This document shows positions 32,043 to 42,125 of a DNA stretch of 64,000 bases, in pieces. Within the stretch, counting starts at the first letter, position 1; each line of letters starts with the position of its first letter. The notes beneath the pieces are model-generated. The model saw only the letters and a program-made list of their open reading frames with translations. It was not told where the DNA came from and searched no databases. This DNA is from a virus. The stretch spans positions 1 to 64,000 of IMG/VR virus record IMGVR_UViG_3300031566_000014. The stretch is one strand, 5' to 3'. The translations under genes and the position numbers were made by a program.

Positions 32043-34261
32043 GCTACTTCGATGACAAGGTGTACGACGACGACGGCAAGCTGTCCGCCGAGATACAGCA
32101 GTTCGTGGACGACTCGAAGGCGGCCACGAGCGTCCTGCGCAACGAGGTGTGGCCGCGCGCCTACAAGTACTACCACAACATCCCCGACCCGAGCATGTTC
32201 AAGGGTTCCGACGCGCTTCCCGTGGGCGCCAACAAGTCGCCACTGGACAGTTCGGTGTTCCGCGCGCTCGTTCACCCGCAGGTGGAGAACACCGTGGCGC
32301 GGCTTCGGCCTGCAATCCTGAATGCGGACCCGCCGTGGCGTTGCGTTCCATACATCGACGACGCGGAGTTCTGCGATAAGGACGTGCTGTGGAAGTACGC
32401 CGAGGCGATGCAGCACCTTCTGCACAACCAGTGGCACCGCGACGCGAAGGCCCCGTGGCTCGTTGGCCCGGCGTTGCGCGAGGCGTGCCTGTATGGGACG
32501 TGCGTGCTGCGGGTGGAGTGGATGCGTCGGTTCGCGCCGCGCTGGCGCCAGATTGCCCACGTGGACGGGCAGGCGTACCCAGACGGCGTGCCCGATGACA
32601 TCCGGGAGAAGGGCGGGAAGCGGACGTGGGCATTTGGGAAGCTGACAAGCCGCCGTCCCGTGGAGGACAGGGCGCGGGTGAATATCGTTCCGCTATGGAA
32701 TTGGTTCCCCGATCCCTTTGGGCGCTCAATCGACGGCGAGAACGACACGCAGCCGATCCGTGGGTGCGCGGAAATGCTGATCATACCCGAGGATGGGCTT
32801 GTGGATTGGATTGCCAGTTCGCCACGGCGCGGCTGGAACAAGAAGTTCTTCAAGCGCAGCGGCGAAGTGAACGAGAAGAAGCTGCGGGAGATGCTTGAGC
32901 CGGTTCGTGGCGGCATCACGTCGGACGACGACTGGATCAAGAACCAGCAGGTTGACGTTGGCAAACTCTCGGCGGACGGCTACGGCACGACTTCGGCCAA
33001 CGAGAGGTTGGTGCGCGTCTATGCGTGGAGCGAGAACTGGCCGGAGCCGCGCTACATCCTGTCGGCAGGGAAGCCCGGCGCTGGTCTGACGCTGTTGGAT
33101 GAAAGCGGGCCGCAGCATCCCGGCCTGAATGCGGGCATCGGGTATGTGCTGATCAAACTCATTCCGTTGGCGCACGAACTTTACGGCCTGAGCAAGGTGG
33201 AGCAGATTGCGGGTATCCAGCACGAGATGAACATCCTGGTGAATCTGCGCATTTCGGCTCTGTCGCGCAGCATCAGCGGGATCACGATTATCTCGACGCA
33301 GGGCGGCCTGCACGCAAAAGACTTCCTGGCGCAGGTTGGCGGGTTTGTGGAACTGAATGGCTACTATGACCCGGCGAAGCAGGCTCACCACATCGACTTC
33401 AAGGACCCCAGTTCTAACGTCTACCGCGAGGTAGACGAGTTGCACAATGACGGCACCGTGGCCTTCGGCAATACGGACCCGATGATGGGGAACGCCGGCG
33501 GCGGCGGCGGCCAGATACCCGACACGGCGCGTGGGCTGGGCGTCATCGTGGAGCAGGGCACGGTTCGCCAGACCATGGAAGCGGAGGATGCGGGCCTGTG
33601 CTTCTGCCAGCTTGGCTACAAGCTCAAGGCATTGGACGAGCAGTTTATCACGGCTCCGAAGTACGTTCGGATCGCGGGCAAGAAGGGTGCGGACGCCTGG
33701 GACGTAATTGACCCGGACATGATCGGGACGCGCGTCGAGTTGACATTCGACACGCGCCCCGTCGTTGCGAACCCGGCGCTTGCGGAGCAGAAGTTCGTGA
33801 ACTTCGCGCAGTTGTGGGGAGAGGCTCCGGAGTTCCCGCGCGGGCTTGCGATGCGGGCGCACGCGAAGATGCTGCGGATACCTGACGCCGAGCAGTACGG
33901 CGGCCCGCCGGTGAACGACGCGGAGTGGGAGAACGTCGAGTTCCTTCGCTCGGGGAAGTTCCGTGGCGTGCTGCAGGCTGACGCGCACGACTTCCACCAG
34001 GACGTGATGAGCCGTGCGGAGATCATTCAGGCGGCGCAAACGAAGGGTGCTGAGGCGGTCGCGTCGTGGAACGCCCACTACGAGCAGCACGAGAGTTTCA
34101 AGCAGCAGGGAGCCATGGGCGCTGGCGCAGCCGCTGGCGCAGAGCCGCCGCCCCAACCGCCCGGAGCGCCAGCGCCCGAAGGCCCGCCCGCTGGCGGCGA
34201 ACCGTCGCCGCAGGGCTTGAACATCCCCCTTCCCGAACCCGGCGTTGAAGCCGCCGCCTGA
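32039..34261 (+). CDS. portal protein
   Basis: 740 aa after TerL; WFPDP, ELYGLS.VE...QHE.N...N.R, TA.G motifs of P22/SU10-like portals. Confidence 0.9.
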   Translation: MSYFDDKVYDDDGKLSAEIQQFVDDSKAATSVLRNEVWPRAYKYYHNIPDPSMFKGSDALPVGANKSPLDSSVFRALVHPQVENTVARLRPAILNADPPWRCVPYIDDAEFCDKDVLWKYAEAMQHLLHNQWHRDAKAPWLVGPALREACLYGTCVLRVEWMRRFAPRWRQIAHVDGQAYPDGVPDDIREKGGKRTWAFGKLTSRRPVEDRARVNIVPLWNWFPDPFGRSIDGENDTQPIRGCAEMLIIPEDGLVDWIASSPRRGWNKKFFKRSGEVNEKKLREMLEPVRGGITSDDDWIKNQQVDVGKLSADGYGTTSANERLVRVYAWSENWPEPRYILSAGKPGAGLTLLDESGPQHPGLNAGIGYVLIKLIPLAHELYGLSKVEQIAGIQHEMNILVNLRISALSRSISGITIISTQGGLHAKDFLAQVGGFVELNGYYDPAKQAHHIDFKDPSSNVYREVDELHNDGTVAFGNTDPMMGNAGGGGGQIPDTARGLGVIVEQGTVRQTMEAEDAGLCFCQLGYKLKALDEQFITAPKYVRIAGKKGADAWDVIDPDMIGTRVELTFDTRPVVANPALAEQKFVNFAQLWGEAPEFPRGLAMRAHAKMLRIPDAEQYGGPPVNDAEWENVEFLRSGKFRGVLQADAHDFHQDVMSRAEIIQAAQTKGAEAVASWNAHYEQHESFKQQGAMGAGAAAGAEPPPQPPGAPAPEGPPAGGEPSPQGLNIPLPEPGVEAAA

Positions 34262-34272
34262 GAGGAGACCCG

Positions 34273-34896
34273 ATGACGCGCGTGAGTGCTCTGCCGGAGC
34301 CGCTTCCGTTCCGCGAGATGATCCCTGAGTTGGCCGTTCGCGTCGCGGACGAGTGCAAGGCTCTGCGGAAGTTCTTCGAGAGTCCGCTGTGGGCGGGCCT
34401 CAACGACCTGTTGCAGTCGCATCGGCAGGCGCTTCGTGGGCAGATGCTCACGACCTCGGAGGACTCCGAGTTGCTGGCGCAGCAGATCGGCGTGCTGGTC
34501 TGCGAGTTGCCGGGCCGTATCGCGGCGGAGCGTCTCGGGTTGGAGGGAGTTGCCGACGACGAGACGCAGCATCGCCAGTTGAATCGCTCGGTGACATTCG
34601 AGACGGAGCAGGCCGCAGATGCCGCTATCGCGCGTGGGCAGACTGCGGTAGAGGCCGTGGGGTCGGACGGGTACGCCGTGTGGGCGCGAATGATGACGGC
34701 GCTGACGTGGGCGCACTACTTGGCGCTGACGTGGTGCCAGCCGTCGGAACGCGCCGTTCACCAGGCGTGGATACGCGAAGTGAAGCACATGTTCGACCGC
34801 ATACAGGACACAATTGACCTCGGCATTGTAGCCGAGGAGTTCCGAGAGAGGCAAGTGAAGGAGCAGATCGCAAAGGAGAAGGGCAATGGCAGATGA
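34273..34896 (+). CDS. hypothetical head-module protein
   Basis: 207 aa helical, GAGGAG RBS, between portal and scaffold. Confidence 0.75.
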   Translation: MTRVSALPEPLPFREMIPELAVRVADECKALRKFFESPLWAGLNDLLQSHRQALRGQMLTTSEDSELLAQQIGVLVCELPGRIAAERLGLEGVADDETQHRQLNRSVTFETEQAADAAIARGQTAVEAVGSDGYAVWARMMTALTWAHYLALTWCQPSERAVHQAWIREVKHMFDRIQDTIDLGIVAEEFRERQVKEQIAKEKGNGR

Positions 34897-36025
34897 GACC
34901 GGAACGGACTCCCAAGGGCAGGCTCAAGCTGGCGGCCCTGGCGCCCCGACGGGGGATGCCGGGACTCCCGCCGCGCCGGCTGCGCCCGCGGCCCCGACTG
35001 GTCCCGGAGCCGGTGCAGGCGCTTCGGCCCCCGGCGGTGCAGGCGGCGGCGAACCCGCCCCCAAGGTGCCGTCAGGGCTTCCCGACTTGCCGCCCGCCGT
35101 GTGGGACAGCGAGAAGAATCCGTACCAGAAGCGCTTCAAGGACACACGCACTGCGCTCAACCAGAGCCAGGAGCGCCTGAAGCAACTCGAAGCCGAGAAG
35201 GCCGAACTGGCAGCGAAGCTCACCGCCCCGTCTGTGACGGATTCGCGGTCAGTTTCCGCCCCAGTTCCGGCACCGTCCGCTGGCGACGCGCAGGGCTACT
35301 CCGATGAGGAGTACCTGACCGTCTGCACGCGGACGCTTGACCAGTGGAAGCAAGATGCCGTCGCGCAAGCCCAGCAGCAAAGCGACGTGAGTGGCGTTCA
35401 GGTGCAGCCCGTCTGGCCGACTGTAGAGGCCCGGCGATTCGCTGCGACCATGGACTCCGAACTCGCGCGCAGGGGCATCCCTCAACCCTGGCAAGCCTAC
35501 GGCATGCTCGTCAAGCGGCAGCAGCCGTCCAGACCTGAACCCGAACCCGTGAGGCGGGTAGACCAGCCCGCCGCTCCTACTGACCCGGACGCCGTGCGCA
35601 ACATGCTCAACGAGGAATTGAACCTCAGAGGGCAGGTTGATGAGGGTATGAATGGCGTCAGCCAGTCGTACCCGCAGGGCTTCCTTCAGCAGAAGGTGAC
35701 GCTGGACAATGGGCGGACCTCGACGCTCGGAGCGGCGCTGAAAGGCTTCTGCCTTTCCAACCGCCTCGGCGACGTTGAAGGGGCGCTCAAGGTCTACTTC
35801 ACGGGGTTCTGGGAGAAGGCGCTTGCGGCCAAGTACGAGCAGAACCGTCCCGGCATGGCAGCGGGTCAGCAGTTCACCGGCGTGCGCACCAGCCCGATTC
35901 CCCAGCACAACCCGAGCGATGACGTGCAGCGCCTCTACGAGGGCGTCGGCATGAATCGCGGCGGAACCTCGGTAGCACCGGGGGCCGATGAAGCGGACTG
36001 GGAGTACGTGCAGCCTGACCGGTAG
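34886..36025 (+). CDS. putative capsid scaffolding protein
   Basis: Pro/Ala/Gly-rich N-terminus, YQKRFKD coiled coil, immediately upstream of capsid gene. Confidence 0.7.
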   Translation: MADETGTDSQGQAQAGGPGAPTGDAGTPAAPAAPAAPTGPGAGAGASAPGGAGGGEPAPKVPSGLPDLPPAVWDSEKNPYQKRFKDTRTALNQSQERLKQLEAEKAELAAKLTAPSVTDSRSVSAPVPAPSAGDAQGYSDEEYLTVCTRTLDQWKQDAVAQAQQQSDVSGVQVQPVWPTVEARRFAATMDSELARRGIPQPWQAYGMLVKRQQPSRPEPEPVRRVDQPAAPTDPDAVRNMLNEELNLRGQVDEGMNGVSQSYPQGFLQQKVTLDNGRTSTLGAALKGFCLSNRLGDVEGALKVYFTGFWEKALAAKYEQNRPGMAAGQQFTGVRTSPIPQHNPSDDVQRLYEGVGMNRGGTSVAPGADEADWEYVQPDR

Positions 36026-36083
36026 GCTGCCACCAGCCCGCAAGGCTCCTTCTCATTGCCTCGCGCAATGAAGGAGAGGACAG

Positions 36084-37403
36084 ATGCCACAGTACACCCC
36101 GGGGTCCACGTTCACACCGTCCCTGGACGCCGCTGGCGTTACCACGGTGAACGATGGGTACGCGTCGACCCTCATTCAAGCGATTACGTCGATCAACGCC
36201 GACGCTACGGCGGGCGCTCTCGCCACGACCTGGCCCACTATGCAGGTCCCTATCGAGAAGACCATCTGGGTCAGGAACGCCAAGCTCGGCCCGTGTCGGG
36301 TGCTGCTCGACAAGAAGCCGATGCGGCACATTGTCTCCCACGGGAGCAAGTACTTCTGGAAGGAACGGGTGATGATGCCTGAGCGGGACCGGCCGACCGG
36401 CTCGTTCAGCGCAGGCACCACGATGACCATCGCCGTCGGCAACGCCGGCATGTGGACGGTCAACGACATCTGCGTGGGCTTCTCGCCTCAGTTCCAGGGC
36501 TGGGTGACTACTACCCCGGCAAGCGGTGGCGCTGCGGGCAGCATCACCGTGTCGTGCGGCAACAACCCGCCCGCTACGGCGCTGAGCACGAGCACCATCC
36601 TGCTCCACATCGGCAGCACCCGCCGGGAACTGGCGATCCCCTACACCAAGCCCCGCACCCAGGAGACGCAGTTCGAGAACATCTACGCCTTCCCCGAGGA
36701 CTGGCTGATCATCTCCCGCAAGGAGGCCAACACGGTCGAGGACATCACCCTGCCCGTGGGCGGCCGCTGGGAAGGTGAGATGAATCTCCTGAAGGAGGAG
36801 CACCTCACCTGCAACGAAAAGATGATCCACTGGGGCATGTCGGACATCGACACGACCGGCTCGAATGCCGTGGGCTTCCTGGACGGGCTTTACAACCTGA
36901 CCACAACCCACATCTACGACGCCGCGACCACGGTGCCCAACATCAACAGCATCGAGCAGTTCCTCAGTGACTTCTGCGCGGAGTCCATCTCGCAGGAGGG
37001 GAACATTTTCGGCTTCACTGGCCGGCATCTGTTCCAGATTCTCTCGCAGCAGGCGTCCTCGAAGCTCCAGATCGTCAACCAAGACGAGACGATGTACGGG
37101 ATGCACGTCTCGAAGTACAGGGTGGCTGCGACGGGCGAGATCATCACGCTCATGTACCACCCGCTCTACACGCAACTGGACAACACCTTCGATGGGTATG
37201 CCCAGTTCGTGCGGATGAACCCCGAAGCCGTTGCCATGGTGTGGCACCGTGCGTATCCCGCGACGAAGCGGATCGACGCTGTGCTGCCCTACGGCCTCGA
37301 CGGGCTCATGGCAGGCTTCCGCAGCGCGTTCACCGTGATGGTGAAGGACGAGGCGCTGCACCTCGCAAAGATTGAGAACATCGGCCGGCCCACCATGTCC
37401 TAG
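36084..37403 (+). CDS. major capsid protein (SU10/DUF5309-like)
   Basis: 439 aa, AAGGAG RBS, highly biased codons, FWKE early motif, YGM.V..Y...G.I.L..HPL, followed by a strong hairpin. Confidence 0.82.
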   Translation: MPQYTPGSTFTPSLDAAGVTTVNDGYASTLIQAITSINADATAGALATTWPTMQVPIEKTIWVRNAKLGPCRVLLDKKPMRHIVSHGSKYFWKERVMMPERDRPTGSFSAGTTMTIAVGNAGMWTVNDICVGFSPQFQGWVTTTPASGGAAGSITVSCGNNPPATALSTSTILLHIGSTRRELAIPYTKPRTQETQFENIYAFPEDWLIISRKEANTVEDITLPVGGRWEGEMNLLKEEHLTCNEKMIHWGMSDIDTTGSNAVGFLDGLYNLTTTHIYDAATTVPNINSIEQFLSDFCAESISQEGNIFGFTGRHLFQILSQQASSKLQIVNQDETMYGMHVSKYRVAATGEIITLMYHPLYTQLDNTFDGYAQFVRMNPEAVAMVWHRAYPATKRIDAVLPYGLDGLMAGFRSAFTVMVKDEALHLAKIENIGRPTMS

Positions 37404-37432
37404 TGGCCGTGGTGAAGGACGGTAGGACTGTT

Positions 37433-37468
37433 GCGGGCCGGGCGGGCCTTCGGGTCTGCCCGGCCCGC
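37433..37468 (+). terminator. 16-bp GC hairpin with cUUCGg loop after the capsid gene (terminator or mRNA stabiliser)
   Basis: GCGGGCCGGGCGGGCC-TTCG-GGTCTGCCCGGCCCGC; no U-tract. Confidence 0.55.
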
Positions 37469-37491
37469 TCCACATCAGGAGATGATTCGAG

Positions 37492-38289
37492 ATGGCGAAG
37501 TCAACTGCCCAAGAGGGTGCTTCCGGCGATGCGGGCCTGAAGTCGCTGCCAGGGCTTCAAGAGATCCAGAACGCCGAGCCTGCCCCCGGCGGCGCGCGGA
37601 AGATCAGCAACGAAGCGGCCTCGGCGGCTCAGCACAAGATGGTGGCAGGCGCTCCGCTCCTGTCGCCCAAGCCGCCCGTGCTGGACTTCCGGCAGATGGA
37701 AGCGCAACTGTCGGCTATCAAGACGAAACTCGCCAACGGCGAGGAGCCGGACGACCTCGGCCAGGAGACGTGGCAGGCGGTGGGCCACGCGCAACTGAAG
37801 CTCGCCGTCATGCAGGGCGGCTTCACGCGCTTCGGCGGGCAGCAGATGCCCTACGCACCGATCACCATTGAGTTTGGGAAGCCGAGCGGCAACCCGCCAG
37901 AGATGTACGTCACGCCTGACTACTACACCGAGTGCGCCGCCGAAACGAACAAGCGCATCCTCGCGGGCGCTGCGGTTGACGACGCGGCGCTCGATGCCAA
38001 GGCGTTTGTGGCCTACAAGGTCGGCCTCATCAAGGAGCATCTGCGCAACGCGGCGTTCTACCACCCGCAGTACGCCGGCCGGCTGCGCTGCCCTGAGAAG
38101 GAAGCCGACCACCTCGAAGACGCCCAGATTCAGGCCGGCCTCGAAGCCATGGAGCGCAAGGCGAAGAAGGCAGGCAAGAAGATCGACGTGTCGGGCATCG
38201 CGGCGCAACTGGCGAAGATCGACCAGCCATTCGACGCCGAACACCCGAACATTCGGCCTGGGATGCAGATTCCGGGCATAGCGAGGTAG
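37492..38289 (+). CDS. hypothetical protein
   Basis: 265 aa, AGGAG RBS. Confidence 0.8.
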   Translation: MAKSTAQEGASGDAGLKSLPGLQEIQNAEPAPGGARKISNEAASAAQHKMVAGAPLLSPKPPVLDFRQMEAQLSAIKTKLANGEEPDDLGQETWQAVGHAQLKLAVMQGGFTRFGGQQMPYAPITIEFGKPSGNPPEMYVTPDYYTECAAETNKRILAGAAVDDAALDAKAFVAYKVGLIKEHLRNAAFYHPQYAGRLRCPEKEADHLEDAQIQAGLEAMERKAKKAGKKIDVSGIAAQLAKIDQPFDAEHPNIRPGMQIPGIAR

Positions 38290-38295
38290 CCCACG

Positions 38296-38979
38296 ATGGC
38301 GAACGACACCTTCGGTGACATCATCCAGGCGTGCCTCGACTTCCTGCCTGGGCCGACGGATGACCGCACGGAGCGCATTCTGAAGCGCCAGATCAACATG
38401 GCGCACGGGAAGTTCGTCAACATGGCGCGTTGGTCGTTCCGCCGGCGCTCATGCGTGTTGGCGATCACGTCGAGCACTACGGCGGTGACGCTGCCCGACG
38501 GGACCACGGTTCTGGACACCGACGGCGCGACGCCAGACTACTGCGCCCTCGTCACGTCGGTAAGCCTTGGAAGCAGCGGACGGCCTCTGGATTTCAGGCC
38601 GCAGGAACTCGTGGCACGGGCTGGCGGGACAATGACGTTCCGTGGTCGTGGGATGCCGCAGTGGTGGGACGTGGTTCGGCGCACGCTGATCCTCATGCCC
38701 TATCCAGGTGCCGCCGACACGATCACCCTGTCCTACCTCGCGGGGCATTCGGACATGTCTGACGACGCGGACATCCCCATCATTCCTGCCGAGCACACCG
38801 ACGTACTCATCTGGGAGCCGCTGAAGTTCATGACGCTGGCTGGCGGCAACCCCGATCTGTACCCCTTGGCGAAAGATGAGGCGCGTCGGGCCGAGGAGAA
38901 TCTGAAGTACAACGGCGACGTGATCGGGCCTGAGTACTTCGCGCAGTTGAAAATCACCGGCCTAACGAATCGGGGATGA
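38296..38979 (+). CDS. head-tail adaptor protein
   Basis: TFGDII...IN.A...WSF...G.P..W...L.PYP...IIP.EH..LIW pattern of podovirus adaptors. Confidence 0.78.
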   Translation: MANDTFGDIIQACLDFLPGPTDDRTERILKRQINMAHGKFVNMARWSFRRRSCVLAITSSTTAVTLPDGTTVLDTDGATPDYCALVTSVSLGSSGRPLDFRPQELVARAGGTMTFRGRGMPQWWDVVRRTLILMPYPGAADTITLSYLAGHSDMSDDADIPIIPAEHTDVLIWEPLKFMTLAGGNPDLYPLAKDEARRAEENLKYNGDVIGPEYFAQLKITGLTNRG

Positions 38980-38980
38980 C

Positions 38981-41308
38981 ATGCCCCAGCCTGTGCAGCC
39001 ACTCTACTTGTCTGCCTCTGCCGCCAACGGCATGCGCGACCGCGCCGAGCGGGGCCAGGCCGGCTTCGGCGACAAGCTCGAGCTCCGCAACGTCGAGGTT
39101 CGAGACGGCAACTACACGACACGCCGGGCGTGGGCGAAGACGCTGACAGCCGCCGTCGCTGGCGTCTCGCGCTGGATCGGCGGCACATTCTACAGGGACA
39201 CGACGGGCGCGCCGCACTGGCTTCTGGCGGGTGACGACGGCTACCTCTACCACTGCGGCACCGAAGCGTTGACGGCTCTGACTCAGGTGACGGTCTACGC
39301 CGATAGCGCCGTGACGTGGGACGCCACGTATCGGGCGAAGTTCGCCCCGTGGCAGGATGATTGCTTCGTATGTGTCTCTCAGCCGAGCGAGATTGCCGAT
39401 GACGTGGCCGCGACGGCGCAGAATCTCCGCTACGACGGCATGTCCGACCCGCCGGCGGCATTCGGCGTGACGGTCGCCAGACCCGCGACGGAGCCTACCC
39501 TTGCCGATGGCGGGGCGGGGGCCGTCCCCTATGGCGAGTACTACTACAAGGTCACGTTCAAGGACGTGGACACGGGGTGGGAAAGCCCGGCGTGCGATGC
39601 CGTCAACATTGAACTGGCGAGGCCCGACGCGCCCTCGATAGCGAGTATGACGGCGACGCCCGTGGCTCCCGGCGCCCTCGCGGCAGGCTACTACCTCTAC
39701 GGCGTCACGTTCTATGAGGCAACGACGCTAGTCGAGTCCGTCATGGGGCCGACGATTGGCGTGGACGTTGCGGCTGCCGAGAACGTGGACTTGGCGGGCA
39801 TCCCCAGATGCGCCGAGACGGCGGGCACGTGGCATCGGCGCATCTGGCGGTCGAGCGGCGGCGGGGCCTTCTACCTGCTCGCCACGATAGCCGACAACAC
39901 CACCGAGACGATCACGGACAACACGCTGGCAGTGCCGCCGAGTGCGACGCTCTACGCCGCCGACACCACGGGCCGCAGGGTCAATCTCACTGTTGTCCCA
40001 ACCTACGCTGGCGCGGGAAGGGACATCCACCGCTGCATCTACCGCAGCGACGACGGCGGCCTGACCTACACCATGCTCGTGCCCGTTGGCAACGCGGACT
40101 CGATAGACGACAACACCACCACAACCTATGCCGACAACGATGAGGAAGCCACTGGCGACGTGTACACGCAGGTGTGGGCAGTGCCGCCGATGGCGTTTGT
40201 CGAGGTGTTTTCTGACGGGCAGGTGGCGTGGGCGAACGACCGCGGCAATGTGGTGCCCGCCGGCATCTACCCAGCGGATGGCCCGGACACGCCCGAGGGC
40301 CTTGCTCTGCTCATTGCGGAGTCTGGAGCGGCGTCGTTGGACCGCGCCTACGCGGGTTCACACAGCGAGCCAATTACGGCCTTCAAGGCGGCGCGCGACG
40401 TCATCTTCAGCGGCAAGACGCGCAGCATCTACTTGATGGGCCGCCGCTGCAAGACGGCAGACTGCCGACGGATCATCGAAGGCGTCGGGGTGGTGAACGA
40501 CGCCAGCGTGCAGGTGATCGACTCGCGCGTGGCCTTCCTGTCGCCCGAAGGCCCGCGACTCCTGACGCACTACTCGCAGGGCGACGTGATCTTCTGCGGG
40601 AGCGACCCTTACCGATTCGACTTGGCAACGACGTGGGATAGCGTGGTCAAGGCGCGACTGCCCTACGCCTTCAGTATCCACATCCCCGACCAGACGCTCG
40701 TGATCTGGTTCCTTCAGGCGTGTTCGTCGTGGCCTCTGACGCCGCCGCACAGCGACCTCGCCATCGTGTGGGACTACGGGGCGGCGAACGACGCCAATCC
40801 AGGCGGCAAGGTGTGGGTTTCAGATTACGTCGGGCTGGACTGCGCGTGGCAATACTACCCCGTGGGCAACGGAAGTCCGGTGCCGTATGTGGGCGCGGCA
40901 TTCGGCTGGGCGGGGAAGTTGCTAGGCGAGCGCACGGGCAACACGGCCTACGGCGACGGCACGACGGGAGCGCTGACGGGCCTGGTTACGTCCATTGCGG
41001 GCAACACTGTGGTGGTGCCCACGGCCGCCCTTGGTGGGAAGAACGTCATTGGCTCGCGGCTGTTCCCGACGCGCGGGACTGGCGGGCACATCGACGACAC
41101 GGAAGTGACTGTCTGCGATGGCCCGAACGAGTTGATCACGAGCCAATGCGGCGGGACGCTGACGACGGCCGGGGCGCTCGCGCTCGCGGCGGGCACGAAG
41201 TTCTGGATTGGGGGGTTTCAGGTAGTGGACCACGGGGTTGTGAACAACAGGCGCGACCCCGACAGCGTGACGATCTGGCAGAGTTTGCAGATTCAGAGAG
41301 CACCATGA
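38981..41308 (+). CDS. tail nozzle / packaged-DNA stabilisation protein (P22 gp10 / tubular B-like); C-terminus apparently truncated
   Basis: Follows adaptor; beta-propeller-type segments (PITA...IF.K..SIY...GVG...S...VAFLS.EG) with inserted Y.YKVTF...ES / IYRS domains. Confidence 0.78.
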   Translation: MPQPVQPLYLSASAANGMRDRAERGQAGFGDKLELRNVEVRDGNYTTRRAWAKTLTAAVAGVSRWIGGTFYRDTTGAPHWLLAGDDGYLYHCGTEALTALTQVTVYADSAVTWDATYRAKFAPWQDDCFVCVSQPSEIADDVAATAQNLRYDGMSDPPAAFGVTVARPATEPTLADGGAGAVPYGEYYYKVTFKDVDTGWESPACDAVNIELARPDAPSIASMTATPVAPGALAAGYYLYGVTFYEATTLVESVMGPTIGVDVAAAENVDLAGIPRCAETAGTWHRRIWRSSGGGAFYLLATIADNTTETITDNTLAVPPSATLYAADTTGRRVNLTVVPTYAGAGRDIHRCIYRSDDGGLTYTMLVPVGNADSIDDNTTTTYADNDEEATGDVYTQVWAVPPMAFVEVFSDGQVAWANDRGNVVPAGIYPADGPDTPEGLALLIAESGAASLDRAYAGSHSEPITAFKAARDVIFSGKTRSIYLMGRRCKTADCRRIIEGVGVVNDASVQVIDSRVAFLSPEGPRLLTHYSQGDVIFCGSDPYRFDLATTWDSVVKARLPYAFSIHIPDQTLVIWFLQACSSWPLTPPHSDLAIVWDYGAANDANPGGKVWVSDYVGLDCAWQYYPVGNGSPVPYVGAAFGWAGKLLGERTGNTAYGDGTTGALTGLVTSIAGNTVVVPTAALGGKNVIGSRLFPTRGTGGHIDDTEVTVCDGPNELITSQCGGTLTTAGALALAAGTKFWIGGFQVVDHGVVNNRRDPDSVTIWQSLQIQRAP

Positions 41309-41772
41309 TAAAGCCGACTTGGGAATATCGCCTCCAGCAGTATGCCGCGTGCCAACTGGTGGCCGCGATCAACGCGCGCATCTACCTGGGCGGAGGTGAT
41401 GTATCGGATGATGAGTTTGAGCGATTGGTGGATGTGACGTTGTGCCGTTACGGGGCGGCGCTCAGAATGGAAAAGGCCGTGCCCGAATTGGGCTTGACCG
41501 CGTTGCATGGAGAACTCTCGCTGGAGTGGATTGCGGCGCATCTTCCCGTTGCGGTCTCGACGCATGAGATCGAACACCACGGGTTCCACCAAATCCTCGT
41601 GGTGCAAGTGGACGGCGACATGTTGGGAGTTGTGAACTTCTACAAACCGCGTCTCACATGGCATGAACTGGTGGACCTGCAACCGCCGCCGCACGTGAGA
41701 CAGTGCATCGCCTACACCATCGAGAAGGCGCCTGCTGCCCGTGACGCGCAGTTGCCGTTCAAGGTCGCATGA
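41305..41772 (+). CDS. hypothetical protein
   Basis: MIKPTWEY start, ATGA overlap with nozzle stop. Confidence 0.6.
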   Translation: MIKPTWEYRLQQYAACQLVAAINARIYLGGGDVSDDEFERLVDVTLCRYGAALRMEKAVPELGLTALHGELSLEWIAAHLPVAVSTHEIEHHGFHQILVVQVDGDMLGVVNFYKPRLTWHELVDLQPPPHVRQCIAYTIEKAPAARDAQLPFKVA

Positions 41773-41785
41773 GAGGAACCGTTGA

Positions 41786-42109
41786 ATGCCAATGGCGAGA
41801 AGCAAGGGCGGCATCATCCTCCCCTTCGCGTGGAAGGGCGACTTCCCCGATAAGAGCGTCAACGAGGCGGCACAGGACTTGGGCCTGGCCCCCAAGGGCA
41901 TCGGGCGGCGCTCGTACCACTGCAACAGGTGCCAGCGCGACCTGACCAGCTACATCAAGGACGGCAAGCAGCCGCCGCTGGTGTGCGAGGATTGCGTGGC
42001 GGAGTTGCAGGCGCAGGTGGAAGCGCAGAACGCCGAAGGCGTGCCCATCGGCAATCGAGGCCCTGGTTTCGACATCGTGAAGGGCGGCGTGGCGCCGCCG
42101 AGAGCCTGA
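41786..42109 (+). CDS. Zn-finger hypothetical protein
   Basis: CNRC...CEDC; GAGG RBS. Confidence 0.7.
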   Translation: MPMARSKGGIILPFAWKGDFPDKSVNEAAQDLGLAPKGIGRRSYHCNRCQRDLTSYIKDGKQPPLVCEDCVAELQAQVEAQNAEGVPIGNRGPGFDIVKGGVAPPRA

Positions 42110-42125
42110 AAGGAGACTCAATCGC

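Noticed and set aside
32726-37475. Long antisense ORFs (32726-34156, 35874-37475; likewise 7252-8592, 41955-43214, 56218-57591)
   Set aside because: Shadow frames of high-GC genes on the opposite strand, with no motifs or RBS.
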